A stretch of DNA of 61,015 bases from an uncultured Bacilli bacterium (GCA_947628345.1 CANQZM010000002.1:1-61015), one strand, 5' to 3'; positions 29,305 to 40,125 are shown, numbered from the stretch's first letter. Notes: a model not told the origin generated them from the letters alone. Numbers and translations: made by a program.

Positions 29305-29613
29305 ATGGCTAAAAGAAAAACTAAGAAAAGACTTAAGATGACAAAATTTGAAAGATTTTTGTATACAGTCGCAGTCTTTTTGTTATTGGCATCACCAATT
29401 TCTATTGTTTTTTCTAAAGCAACTTTAGCCAAAGTTAATTTTGAAGTAGAACAAACTAAGAAAAAAATTGAACTTCAAGAAAAAACTAATGAAGGTATTT
29501 CTATGACTATTGATGAATTGGCCTCCTTAACTAAAATTCAAGAAGTTGCAGAAAGTCAAGGATTGAGTTATAATAATGATAACATTAAAACAATAATCCA
29601 AGATAATGAATAA
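29305..29613 (+). CDS. ftsL: Cell division protein FtsL (assigned by position and architecture)
   Basis: Small bitopic protein (basic N-terminus, one TM segment, coiled coil) directly after rsmH. ATG 29305 is better spaced from GGAG than ATG 29296. Confidence 0.6.
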   Translation: MAKRKTKKRLKMTKFERFLYTVAVFLLLASPISIVFSKATLAKVNFEVEQTKKKIELQEKTNEGISMTIDELASLTKIQEVAESQGLSYNNDNIKTIIQDNE

Positions 29614-29626
29614 GGTGTGAACTTTT

Positions 29627-31771
29627 ATGAAGAGAAAGAAGAAATTACGTAATAATATAAAATATAGCAAGTTGATTATTATTTTTTCTCTTTTTTTGTT
29701 TGGAATAATGATAGTAAGATTGATGCAACTTTCATTGTCAAAGACAGTTGATGGTGTTAATCTACAGAAGCTAGCTAGTCAAAGAACTACTAAAACTACA
29801 GTAATTAAAGCCAAAAGGGGAACAATTTATTCTAAAGATGGAGAGGCCCTAGCCTTAAATGTATCCTCTTACAAATTAATTGCTTATTTATCAGAAAGCC
29901 GTACTCAAGATAAAGATAATCCACAACATGTTGTAGATAAAGAAGCGACAGCAAAAGCTTTAGCTCCTATTTTAGAAATGGATGAGGCAGAAATTTTAAA
30001 ATATTTAAGTAAAGAAAATGTTTATCAAACTGAATTTGGTAGTAAAGGAAGAAATTTATCAGAGTTAACAAAACAAAAAATAGAGGCTTTAAATTTACCG
30101 GGAATAGATTTTATAGAAGGTTATAAAAGATATTATCCTAAAGGACAATTTTTATCATACACATTAGGATATGCTAAAGCAGAAAATGATGAAAGCGATA
30201 CTATTTCTGGAGAAATGGGTATAGAACTTTATTATGATAAAATTTTAAAAGGAAAAGATGGGTATATTACTTATCAAAAAGACTTAAGGGGTTATAAAAT
30301 TGCTGATTCTAACGAAGTTAGAGAAGATGCGGTGGAAGGAAAAGATATTTATCTAACCATTAATAGTAATGTGCAATTCTTTATTGAACAAGCTTTAAAT
30401 AATGCCGCTAGTAATTATAGTTTTGATTGGTTTAGTATGTTGATTGCTGATGCTAAAACAGGAGCAATATTAGGTATGGCAACATCTCCTTCGTTTGATC
30501 CTAATTTACGTAATATAGATAATTATATTGATAATATAGTATCTTCACCTTATGAACCAGGTAGTACTATGAAAACGTTTACTTATATGGCCGCTTTAGA
30601 AAATGGTGTTTATAATGGAAGTGAAACTTATCTTTCAGGTGTTTATGTAACCTCAGATAAAACAGAAATAGGAGATTGGAATCGTAATGGTTGGGGTGTA
30701 ATTACCTTTGATCGAGGTTATGCCCTTTCTAGTAATGTTGGTGTTATTAATTTAATTAATAGACATATGAATGCAGCTATGTTGAGACAATATTTTAAGA
30801 AGTTGGGATTTGGTAAGAAAACAGGTATTGCTTTACCTAATGAATTAGCAGGTAACTTAGATTTTAAATATGAAACAGAAATTTATAATGCCGGATTTGG
30901 ACAAGGAATTACTACTACACCAATTCAAAATATTCAAGCTTTAACTCCACTAACTAATGATGGTATGTTATTAAAACCTTATATCGTTGATAAAATTATT
31001 GATCCAGATACAAAAGAAGTAGTTTTTCAAGGGAAAAGGAAAGAAGTAGAAAGAGTGGCTTCTACTACTACTGTTAATAAAATGTTGCAACTTATGGATG
31101 ATACTGTTAATGGTGTTGGTAATACTGGACTTAATTATAAGCTTGATAATCAACAATTAATTGGTAAAACAGGAACAGCTCAAATTGCCGATGATAGCGG
31201 TGGAGGATATTTGACAGGAAAAGCTGATATTATTTCTTCATTTGCTGGTGTTTATCCAAAAAGTAATCCGCAAATAATTATTTATGCATCTGTTAAAAGA
31301 CCTACTATGGGTTTACAAAAACCTATCTCTGATGCAGTAAAAGAAGTTGTTAATAATATGTCTAAATTCTTTGGCACAGCACAAATCGAAGAAGTAGATA
31401 AAGTTATTGAATATAAAATGCCTTCTTATATAAATCAAAATATTGATAAGGTTAAAACTACCCTAACTACAGCGCAAATGAATTATAAAGTTATTGGTAA
31501 TGGTTCAAAAGTAGTTAAACAATATCCTAATAAAAATGATCAAATAACTAATCAAGATACAGTCTATTTAATTACTAATGATACTGTCTATACAATTCCT
31601 AATGTAGTGGGTTTATCAAGTAAAGAAGCCAGTGATTTATTAAAACTTCTAGGGATTAAGGTAAAATTAGAAGGTAGTGGTTATGTTGTTAATCAATCTA
31701 TTGCAGAAGGTACTACTATAACTGATGGTATGGAAATAACCCTAGCTTTAAATAAAAAGTTTGAGGGATGA
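29627..31771 (+). CDS. Class B penicillin-binding protein with two PASTA domains (PBP2B/FtsI-like)
   Basis: SxxK (STMK), SxN (SSN), KTG (GKTGTAQ) and a C-terminal pair of PASTA repeats. Confidence 0.9.
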   Translation: MKRKKKLRNNIKYSKLIIIFSLFLFGIMIVRLMQLSLSKTVDGVNLQKLASQRTTKTTVIKAKRGTIYSKDGEALALNVSSYKLIAYLSESRTQDKDNPQHVVDKEATAKALAPILEMDEAEILKYLSKENVYQTEFGSKGRNLSELTKQKIEALNLPGIDFIEGYKRYYPKGQFLSYTLGYAKAENDESDTISGEMGIELYYDKILKGKDGYITYQKDLRGYKIADSNEVREDAVEGKDIYLTINSNVQFFIEQALNNAASNYSFDWFSMLIADAKTGAILGMATSPSFDPNLRNIDNYIDNIVSSPYEPGSTMKTFTYMAALENGVYNGSETYLSGVYVTSDKTEIGDWNRNGWGVITFDRGYALSSNVGVINLINRHMNAAMLRQYFKKLGFGKKTGIALPNELAGNLDFKYETEIYNAGFGQGITTTPIQNIQALTPLTNDGMLLKPYIVDKIIDPDTKEVVFQGKRKEVERVASTTTVNKMLQLMDDTVNGVGNTGLNYKLDNQQLIGKTGTAQIADDSGGGYLTGKADIISSFAGVYPKSNPQIIIYASVKRPTMGLQKPISDAVKEVVNNMSKFFGTAQIEEVDKVIEYKMPSYINQNIDKVKTTLTTAQMNYKVIGNGSKVVKQYPNKNDQITNQDTVYLITNDTVYTIPNVVGLSSKEASDLLKLLGIKVKLEGSGYVVNQSIAEGTTITDGMEITLALNKKFEG

Positions 31772-31775
31772 TAAA

Positions 31776-32642
31776 ATGAACAAAAAGAAGTTATTTCTAA
31801 TTTTAATAAGTATAGTATGCTTTATCGGAATATTAATCGCAGTAGGTATAAATTTGATAAAATCAGTAATGATTGAATTAAGTGATAATAAATTATTAGA
31901 TACAGCTAACTATTTAACCGCAGTAGAAGTAGATAGTGAAGCTAAATTTATTATGTTTTTTAATAAACAAGAACAAATATCTAATATCATTTACTTAAAT
32001 AATAAAAGTGTTGATAGCTTGTATCAAAAAGATATTGAAAATAAGGATATAGCTACAAGTATTAATTTAATAATTGATAATTTAAATAAAAATGGTGTAT
32101 TTACAAGTGTTAAAAATGTTATTTTAATTGATTATGGTAATGATAAATTATTTTCTAAAGTAAAAGCCGAATTTAATAAACAATTTATAAATTATGGTAT
32201 AAGTAAAGATATATCATATGAGGTTAAAACGTTAAAAGAAGAAATATTAAGTTTAAATTTAAAATATAAGAATAGTCAAAGTAAAAATTTAAAACAATTA
32301 TATAATTATTCTCTAGATTTGATAAATAATGTCAAGAATGATGATTTTAAACAAGAAGAACAAAATATTTATGAAAATATTGATCAATATGCCCTAAATT
32401 TATATCATAAAATAGAAAAATATGCTGAAAAAATTGAAAATCAACCTAAAGATAGTCAAACAGGAATTGATATTACAACGATAAATGCAACAAGTGATTA
32501 TAATAATGCACTTTATGCTTTAAGTGATAGTTGGTATTATATAGAAAATTATCAAGTATATGCCTACATTCATTTTGAAATAGACAATATAAATTATGAT
32601 TATTGTTTTAAAAATGGAGATTATCAAAAAAATAAGTGTTAA
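31776..32642 (+). CDS. Hypothetical membrane-anchored protein
   Basis: MNKKKLFLILISIVCFIGILIAVGI anchor. RBS GAGGGA precedes ATG 31776. Confidence 0.45.
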   Translation: MNKKKLFLILISIVCFIGILIAVGINLIKSVMIELSDNKLLDTANYLTAVEVDSEAKFIMFFNKQEQISNIIYLNNKSVDSLYQKDIENKDIATSINLIIDNLNKNGVFTSVKNVILIDYGNDKLFSKVKAEFNKQFINYGISKDISYEVKTLKEEILSLNLKYKNSQSKNLKQLYNYSLDLINNVKNDDFKQEEQNIYENIDQYALNLYHKIEKYAEKIENQPKDSQTGIDITTINATSDYNNALYALSDSWYYIENYQVYAYIHFEIDNINYDYCFKNGDYQKNKC

Positions 32643-32673
32643 TTATAAAAATGATAAATATGAGGTGAAATTT

Positions 32674-34074
32674 ATGAAGTTTATTTCCAAAGTAATTGCT
32701 TTAATTTTAATAGGTAGTTTTTTACTCTTAATGTTTAAAATATATGAATTAAATATAATACCTGCTAATTATTTTTTAATAGTATCAGGAGTTATATTAT
32801 TCTTTGTATTAATCTTAATCTTTAAATTAGTTAGAAAAAAAACAACCTTATTTAGTAGAATTTTCTTTGATGTTGTTGCACTACTTTTTATTACTTTATT
32901 TGTTTATGGTTACACATATATGAATACTATTTATAATTTTATGAATGGGATTTTATCCAAAGAATATGAAATTAAAAATTATGTAGTAGTAGTTAATCAG
33001 AATAGTAAAGCTAAAAAAATAAATGATTTAAATAATCAAGAAATAGCCTATTTAGCTAGTGATAATAATTATAATAGTGTTAAAAAAAGAATAGAAAAGA
33101 CTATTAAGTATAAGGAAAAATCTTATACCAGTGTTGATTTGTTTACAAAGACTATAGAAAATAATTATAATAATGCTTTATTAATAGAAGAAGAATATTA
33201 TAATTTGTTAAAAGAAGAAAATACTTTAACTAATACTAGAGTTATTAAAACCTATAAAATTATTATTCAAAAAGAAATTAAAAAAACAAATAAAGATGAA
33301 GAAACACCATTTATATTATATATAAGTGGAATTGATACTTATGGAAAAATTACTAGTGTATCTAGAAGTGATGTTAATATATTAGCTTTTATAAATCCTA
33401 AAAAAGAAAAAATACTATTAGTTTCAATTCCTAGAGATTATTATGTAAAACTTCATAATACAACAGGTAATCAAGATAAATTAACTCATGCAGGTATTTA
33501 TGGTATTGATATGAGTATGTCAACAATTAATGATTTAATGGATATAGATATAGATTATTATTTAAGAATTAATTTTTCTACTCTAACTAAAAGTATTGAT
33601 TTAATTGGAGGAATTGATGTTTATTCAGATAAGACATTTACACCTGAATCTAATAAGAATATTGTGATTAAAGAAGGAATTAATCATATGGATGGACAAA
33701 TGGCATTAGCTTTTGCTAGAGAACGTTATGCTTATGCATCTGGTGATAGACATCGTGGTCAAAATCAACAAGCTATTATTGAAGCAATGATTAATAAGAT
33801 GACTGATATTGAAAACATTAATAAATATAAAGCAGTTTTAACCTCATTAGATGGTACCTTTGAAACAAGTATGTCTTATGAAGAATTAACAGATTTGTTT
33901 AAGATGCAAATTGCTAAAAGAATAAAGTGGGATATAGAATCTATTAGTTTAGATGGTAGTGGTGCGATGAGACCTACTTATAGTATGGGTTCTAAAAATT
34001 TATATGTAATGATACCTAATATAGATAGTATCAATAGTGCAAAATTAAAAATTGATGAATGTATGAGTAATTAA
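32674..34074 (+). CDS. LCP (LytR-CpsA-Psr) family cell-wall polymer transferase
   Basis: N-terminal TM segments, then SIPRDYYV and MDGQMALAFARERYAYASGDRHRGQNQQAII. ATG 32674 follows GAGGTGA. Confidence 0.85.
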   Translation: MKFISKVIALILIGSFLLLMFKIYELNIIPANYFLIVSGVILFFVLILIFKLVRKKTTLFSRIFFDVVALLFITLFVYGYTYMNTIYNFMNGILSKEYEIKNYVVVVNQNSKAKKINDLNNQEIAYLASDNNYNSVKKRIEKTIKYKEKSYTSVDLFTKTIENNYNNALLIEEEYYNLLKEENTLTNTRVIKTYKIIIQKEIKKTNKDEETPFILYISGIDTYGKITSVSRSDVNILAFINPKKEKILLVSIPRDYYVKLHNTTGNQDKLTHAGIYGIDMSMSTINDLMDIDIDYYLRINFSTLTKSIDLIGGIDVYSDKTFTPESNKNIVIKEGINHMDGQMALAFARERYAYASGDRHRGQNQQAIIEAMINKMTDIENINKYKAVLTSLDGTFETSMSYEELTDLFKMQIAKRIKWDIESISLDGSGAMRPTYSMGSKNLYVMIPNIDSINSAKLKIDECMSN

Positions 34075-34095
34075 TTTAGAAGAAGAGGAAAATTT

Positions 34096-34617
34096 ATGAA
34101 ATATGTAAGACTTAATAATGAAAGACTGAAACAACAAGATATTAATTCTGAAGTAATTAGAGTTAAAGCTATAATAATAAATAGTAAAGGACAACTTTTA
34201 ATTGGTAAAAGTTTTGGGTGTTATCAGTTAATAGGAGGTCACTTAGAACAAGATGAAACATTAGTTAACTGTTTAATTAGAGAAGTTAAAGAAGAGTCAG
34301 GAATTATTTTACAACCAAAAGATGTAGTACCATTTTTACTAATTGATGACTATTATAAAGATTATCCAAGTAAAGATAAAAATTTTAATTCTAGAATCTA
34401 TTATTTTATAATTAATACTGATCAAACTCCTAATATATCAAATACTAGTTATACTGTAGAAGAAAATATTGGTAAGTTTTCCCTAGAATATTTAGATTTA
34501 GATGGTATTGAGGCAGTAATTAAGCAAAATGTTAAAGAACATATTGATGCTACAGGAATTGCTAAGACATTATTAATAGCTATTAGGGAATATAAAAAGA
34601 TGACTAGTAGAAAATAA
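34096..34617 (+). CDS. NUDIX hydrolase
   Basis: Nudix box GGHLEQDETLVNCLIREVKEESGI. Confidence 0.8.
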   Translation: MKYVRLNNERLKQQDINSEVIRVKAIIINSKGQLLIGKSFGCYQLIGGHLEQDETLVNCLIREVKEESGIILQPKDVVPFLLIDDYYKDYPSKDKNFNSRIYYFIINTDQTPNISNTSYTVEENIGKFSLEYLDLDGIEAVIKQNVKEHIDATGIAKTLLIAIREYKKMTSRK

Positions 34618-34742
34618 TTTATTAAATAATATTGATTTTGGATTTAAAAATTATTATAATTAATTTCAGATAATAGTTAAAGTTATAAGGTATGAAACTC
34701 AACTATATATATTTAACATATTTTAAATAAGGGTGTTGTATT

Positions 34743-36251
34743 ATGAAGAAGTATATCTATGATAACAGAGAAAAAATTTTTAATTGGGTAGTTTTAATAA
34801 TATATTTAGCTATTACTGGAATAGCAGTAATGTCTCATGAAGCATATGAAAATGAGGCTCAATCTTTTTTAATAGTTAGAGATTTGAGTATTCCCCAAAT
34901 TTTATCTCAATTAAGATATGAAGGGCATTCATTCCTTTGGTATATGGTTTTAGTTCCTTTTATAAAGTTAGGTTTGCCAATAGCTTATCAAAATTTTATT
35001 TCGTGGGCTTTTGGAATTGCAACAGTAATATTAATTTTGAAAAAATTTAATGTAAGTAAATTATTGAAAATAATTATAATATTTAGTTCTGGATTATTGT
35101 ATTTTTATACAGCTATTGCTAGAACATATGCGATGATTCCACTTTTATTGGTATTAATTGCTTTAATTTATGAAAAACGTGATCAACATCCATATATTTA
35201 TGCTATTTTGTTAGCACTATTAGCTAATACCCATCTCATTATGGTTCCTACAGCTACCATGTTGGCTATTTTTTACTGGGGCAAGAAACTTGTAACTAGA
35301 AATATTAATATGAAAAAACGTGATTTCTGTTTAAGTCTTTTAATTTTTATAATTGGTTTAACTTTATTTGGAATAATAATAGGACTATCCATGAGTAATA
35401 TGGAATTAGTCAATGATAATATGAATATAGAAGGAATTTCTAATTATCAGGGATTTTATAAAAAAATTGATACAACCCTTCATACATATGCTGATTTCTT
35501 ATGGGGAAAAGTATCTTCACCAGATTATATATTTACATTATTAATATTAGCATTGATATTTTGTTTAATAGGAATTATAGATGATGTTGAACAAGGGTTG
35601 ATATTTTGGGCTCAATTACTATTTTGTATTATAATTCATTCCTTCTTTTGGATTATTATTTCTGAAAGAGTTATGGTTATAATATATACATTAATGTTTT
35701 GGATATTGAATTCAACTAATAAAGAAAATAAAGGCTTGTTTTCTTCAGCTAATTCTAAGGTAACTTTACCAACATTAGCTTTGATAATTATAGTAGGTCT
35801 TTCAACATTGCCTACATATAAGATTATTAAGGAAGATGTAATTGGTAATTTTTCTACAGGTAAAAGTTTTGCTTCTTATATTGAAAAAAATATTGATGAA
35901 GGAGCAACAATACTTTGTACTTTTAATACTCAACACCAACCTATAATTGGATATTTACCTAAGGATAAATATAAATTTTACCTAGTAGGACCTGAACGTG
36001 AAGGAACTTATGTAACTTGGAATAAAAATTGGAATGCAACAGTAACTGATCAACAATTACTAAAAGCTATAAATAAACAATTGGAGAAACATAAAGAAAC
36101 ATATGTCTTATCAACTAAATCCTTTGAATATTATAAATATGATGGACTCGTTACTAAAAGATTGTTAAGTGTAGAGGATGTAGGATTATTATATTCAAGA
36201 TATAATTTTGTAGAAGCATTTAATTTATATAAAGTAGAAAAGACTACTTAA
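34743..36251 (+). CDS. Polytopic membrane protein, possibly a GT-C (ArnT/PMT-like) glycosyltransferase
   Basis: More than 10 TM segments. The first-loop acidic motif (YENEAQSFLIVRDL) resembles GT-C enzymes. The assignment is weak. Confidence 0.4.
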   Translation: MKKYIYDNREKIFNWVVLIIYLAITGIAVMSHEAYENEAQSFLIVRDLSIPQILSQLRYEGHSFLWYMVLVPFIKLGLPIAYQNFISWAFGIATVILILKKFNVSKLLKIIIIFSSGLLYFYTAIARTYAMIPLLLVLIALIYEKRDQHPYIYAILLALLANTHLIMVPTATMLAIFYWGKKLVTRNINMKKRDFCLSLLIFIIGLTLFGIIIGLSMSNMELVNDNMNIEGISNYQGFYKKIDTTLHTYADFLWGKVSSPDYIFTLLILALIFCLIGIIDDVEQGLIFWAQLLFCIIIHSFFWIIISERVMVIIYTLMFWILNSTNKENKGLFSSANSKVTLPTLALIIIVGLSTLPTYKIIKEDVIGNFSTGKSFASYIEKNIDEGATILCTFNTQHQPIIGYLPKDKYKFYLVGPEREGTYVTWNKNWNATVTDQQLLKAINKQLEKHKETYVLSTKSFEYYKYDGLVTKRLLSVEDVGLLYSRYNFVEAFNLYKVEKTT

Positions 36252-36294
36252 ATTGAAATTAGGAAATATTAACCTAAAATAAGGCGGGTGATTT

Positions 36295-37212
36295 ATGAAT
36301 TATTTAGAAGAATTACAAAAATTAAGAAAGAAAATTATAACAAAAACAATAATTACATATTTGTTTATTGTTATATTGTTTATTGCTATAGTTATTATTA
36401 TTTCATCTGAATCATCAACTGAACTTAATTATTTTATCATATATTTAATATTTCTAATTGCATTTGGTACTTTTATAGTAAAATTTGTTACCAGTAAAAA
36501 TGTAAAAGAATATAAAAAAATATATAAGAAAAATATCATCTTAGAGACTTTTAAAACTGTATTTACTGATATTAAGTATAATCCAGAATCTGGATTATCA
36601 GAATCAGTTATCATTAATACAAGAATGATGAGTGTTGGTGATAGGTATTATTCTAATGATCATATATCGGCAAAATATAAAAATGTAAATTTTGAATATG
36701 CTGATGTTGAAATTCAAGACGAAATAACCGATAGTGATGGTGATAGTCATATAGTAACGATTTTTAAAGGACAATGGTTTATTTTTGATTTTAATAAAAA
36801 ATTTAAAGCTAATGTCCAAGTTTGTGAAAAATCTTTCGATGGGGCTAGAAGAGGTGTAACCACCTATAGTAATGGTATTTATAAAAAAGTTAACATGGAG
36901 AATGTAGATTTTAATAAAAATTTTAAGATATATGCAGAAAATGAGGAAGATGCATTCTATATATTAACTCCAAATATGATGGAAAAAATAAAAAAAATTA
37001 ATGAAGAATTATCAGGTAATTTACTATTTTGTTTTATAAATAGTAAGTTGCATATTGGTTTACATAGTGGAAAAGATTTGTTTGAACCTAATGTTTATAA
37101 AAAAATAAATTTAGAAGCGGATAAGGAAAAGATTTTAAATGAAATAAAAATAATAACTGAATTTATTGATATATTAGATTTAGATAATGATTTATTTAAA
37201 AGGAGAGATTAA
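36295..37212 (+). CDS. Two-TM protein, DUF3137-like LemA partner
   Basis: N-terminal TM pair followed by a soluble domain. Lies immediately (2 nt) upstream of a LemA gene. The family name comes from memory of this gene pairing. Confidence 0.4.
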   Translation: MNYLEELQKLRKKIITKTIITYLFIVILFIAIVIIISSESSTELNYFIIYLIFLIAFGTFIVKFVTSKNVKEYKKIYKKNIILETFKTVFTDIKYNPESGLSESVIINTRMMSVGDRYYSNDHISAKYKNVNFEYADVEIQDEITDSDGDSHIVTIFKGQWFIFDFNKKFKANVQVCEKSFDGARRGVTTYSNGIYKKVNMENVDFNKNFKIYAENEEDAFYILTPNMMEKIKKINEELSGNLLFCFINSKLHIGLHSGKDLFEPNVYKKINLEADKEKILNEIKIITEFIDILDLDNDLFKRRD

Positions 37213-37214
37213 AA

Positions 37215-37757
37215 ATGGATATTTTAATAGTAGTAATTTTATTGATAATTCTAGTAGTAGTAATTGGCTATATAGTAATTTCTAATAAACTTAATGTTTT
37301 ACAGGTGAAAATTGATGAAGCAGATTCTGGTATTGATGTTGCTTTAACTAAAAGGTATGATGTATTGACTAAGATGATAGAGGTTGTTAAAAGTTATGCT
37401 AAACATGAAAAAGAAACATTATTTGAAATTGTTAAACTTAGAAAAGGAATGAGTTTAGAAGATAAGAGTAAAGTTAATGAAAAAATGGATAAAGCTATGG
37501 AAAAAATAACAGTACTAGCAGAATCTTATCCAAAATTAAAATCAAATGAAAATTATAAAACTTTACAACAATCAATTGTTGAAGTTGAAGAACATTTACA
37601 AGCTGCGAGAAGATTATACAATTCTAACGTTTCTATGTTCAATCAAATGATTGTTACATTTCCTTCTAATATAGTCGCTAGTTCTAAATCATTAAAGGCT
37701 AAACCTTTTTTTGAAGCAGATGAAACTAAAAAAGCAGACATTGATATAGACTTATAA
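37215..37757 (+). CDS. lemA: LemA family protein (second copy)
   Basis: N-terminal TM segment, YAKHEKETL and AARRLYNSNVSMFNQMIVTFPSNIVA. Confidence 0.85.
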   Translation: MDILIVVILLIILVVVIGYIVISNKLNVLQVKIDEADSGIDVALTKRYDVLTKMIEVVKSYAKHEKETLFEIVKLRKGMSLEDKSKVNEKMDKAMEKITVLAESYPKLKSNENYKTLQQSIVEVEEHLQAARRLYNSNVSMFNQMIVTFPSNIVASSKSLKAKPFFEADETKKADIDIDL

Positions 37758-37787
37758 TTAATATATTTCTAATAAAATAAAATTCAA

Positions 37788-37826
37788 AGATCATGTCTTG
37801 GTTCAGAAGACTTGTTCTTTTTTTTT
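37788..37826 (+). terminator. Intrinsic terminator
   Basis: AGATCATGTCTT-ggttcag-AAGACTTGTTCT (10 of 12 positions paired) followed by T8. Confidence 0.65.
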
Positions 37827-37859
37827 CTCTTTCAACATAATTACTATTAGAGGTGAATT

Positions 37860-38918
37860 ATGTTTTTTAAAAAAATAGATAAGAGAATTAGGATAGTTTT
37901 AATTATTATTTTAATTTTATTTATATCTATAGTTTTACGTGTATTTAAGATACAAGTATTTGATTATAATAAATTAAAAAAGTTGGCAGATAATTTATGG
38001 AGTAGGGACTTAGAAGTAGCTGCGGATAGGGGTAAAATCCTAGATCGAAATGGAAATGTTTTAGCTGATAATGTAACAACAACTAGTTTGGTTTTAGTTC
38101 CTAATCAAATTAAGGACAAAAAAACTACATCAGAAAAATTAGCTAAAATATTAGGAATTAGTGTAAAACAAATGGACAAACATGTTTATAAAAAAACATC
38201 TATCGAGAAAGTACATCCAGAAGGTAGAAGACTTTCTTTTGAAATTGCCGATAAAATTAATTCATTAGAATTAGATGGAGTGTATTTAGTTAAGGAATCT
38301 AAAAGATATTATCCTTATGGTAATTTGCTTTCTAATTCATTAGGTTATGTTGGAATAGATAATCAAGGATTATCGGGATTAGAATTACAATATGATGATG
38401 TTTTAACTGGTACTAGTGGAGCTATTAAATATTTTTCAGATGCTAAAGGTAATCAACTTAATTTATCTGATGTTTATGTTGAACCTGTAAATGGTATGAA
38501 TATTCAATTAACAATAGATTTGAAAATTCAACAGTCAGTTGAACGTGAATTAAGTAATATTGTTGATATGTTTCAACCTGATATGGCATTAGCTTTAGTA
38601 ATGAATCCAAAAACTGGAGAAATTTTAGCAATGGGAAGTAGACCGGATTATGATCCCAATAATTATCAAAATTATTCTGTAGAAAGCCTAAATAGGAATT
38701 TACCAATTTTTGCATCATATGAACCAGGAAGTACTTTTAAAATTATTACAACATCGGCAGCAGTTGAGGAAAAAGTAGTAGATTTAGAAAAGGATCATTT
38801 CTATGATTCTGGTTCAGTTAATGTTGAAGGTTCTGTTTTAAAATGTTGGAAAGCTGGTGGTCATGGTGAACAAACATTTTTACAGGTATTACAAAACTCT
38901 TGTAACCAAGAGTTTTAA
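37860..38918 (+). pseudogene. spoVD: 5' segment of the split spoVD-like class B PBP gene. Native sequence ends at the Asn codon 38904-38906; as integrated, the ORF reads QEF-stop from element DNA.
   Basis: TM anchor, PBP dimerisation region, SxxK (GSTFK) and SxN (NSCN) just before the junction. The KTG motif is missing. Confidence 0.85.
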
Positions 38919-38968
38919 CAAGAGATACTAATTGGATAAATTTTCTATTATAAAACCAAAATTAAAAT

Positions 38969-38996
38969 ATTGACAAAATTTAATATAAAAGTATAA
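38969..38996 (+). promoter_or_regulatory. Near-consensus promoter inside the element's left end
   Basis: TTGACA (38969-38974), 16-nt spacer, TATAAT (38991-38996). A second TTGATT-18-TATAAT lies at about 39100-39130. Confidence 0.55.
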
Positions 38997-39213
38997 TATA
39001 AGGAAAAAAACACAAAGCAGATCAATTATACTTTTAATGACAAATTATACACAAATTTACAAGTAATTTACAAACGATAAATAAAATTAAAATAAAAACT
39101 TGATTAAGCTGTATACGGTATTATATAATAAAAGTACATATTGATTGTGTTTTTAGGAAAGAGGTGGATAAAATAAAATACCAAAACCTAAAAAGAAAGG
39201 AAGGAGTAAAAGG

Positions 39214-40125
39214 ATGAAAGATAAAAAAACTATAATAGGAATAATAGTAGGATTAATTATATTAATTATAATAATTCTATTATTAAGAGGTTGTACTAGA
39301 AAAGAGTATACAATTAAATTTGATACAGATGGTGGAAGTGTTATTGAATCTATAAAAGTAAAGGAAAATGAAAAAATAGAAAAGCCATCTGATCCAACAA
39401 AAGAAGGTTATGATTTTGCAGGATGGTATTATAATGATAAAAAATTTGATTTTAATACTAAAGTTAAAAAGAATATGACTTTAAAAGCAAAATGGAAATC
39501 AGATGGTACTGGAATAGTACTAAAAGATACAGACTTAGAAGTTACTGTAGATGATGAATTAACATTAGAGATAGAATCATTACTAAAAGGTCTAAAGAAA
39601 GAAGACTTAATTTGGGAATCAAGTGATGGCAGTATAGTTACAGTAGATAAAGATGGTAAAATAAAAGCTTTAAAAGCGGGTAAAGTAACAATTACTGTAA
39701 AAACAAAAGATGGAAAAAGAAAGACAACAGTAACAGTTACAGTAAAAGAAAAAGAACAACCAGTAGAAGAACAACAAAATACAGCTGCAAATTCAGGTTC
39801 AAGTGGTAGAAGACAAACTGGTGGAGGATATACTCCATCAACTCCAAGCAATCCGCAACCAAGCAATCCACAACCAGTAGCGCCATCATATGTACTCATT
39901 ATGAAAAGAGTACCTAATGAACTTAACTCAGGTTCATTTCAATGGAATTTATCTTGCTCAGGTGTAAATCTTAGTGATGTTTCTCGTATAGATTATAATG
40001 GTACTAACTTTAATCCTAAGGATGGTAGACTTGCTGATCCTTTGGTTAATACTGGTGCAGGTCAAGCAATACTTCACTTGAGTGATGGTAGTACAGTAAC
40101 AGCAACAGTACAATATGTATATTAA
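39214..40125 (+). CDS. Membrane-anchored surface protein with a Listeria-Bacteroides-type repeat and a Big_2-like Ig domain
   Basis: TM IIGIIVGLIILIIIILLL. EGYDFAGWYYNDKKFDFNTKVKKNMTLKAKW. WESSDGSIVTVDKDGKIKALKAGKVTITVKT. A P/S/N-rich linker. Confidence 0.65.
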   Translation: MKDKKTIIGIIVGLIILIIIILLLRGCTRKEYTIKFDTDGGSVIESIKVKENEKIEKPSDPTKEGYDFAGWYYNDKKFDFNTKVKKNMTLKAKWKSDGTGIVLKDTDLEVTVDDELTLEIESLLKGLKKEDLIWESSDGSIVTVDKDGKIKALKAGKVTITVKTKDGKRKTTVTVTVKEKEQPVEEQQNTAANSGSSGRRQTGGGYTPSTPSNPQPSNPQPVAPSYVLIMKRVPNELNSGSFQWNLSCSGVNLSDVSRIDYNGTNFNPKDGRLADPLVNTGAGQAILHLSDGSTVTATVQYVY

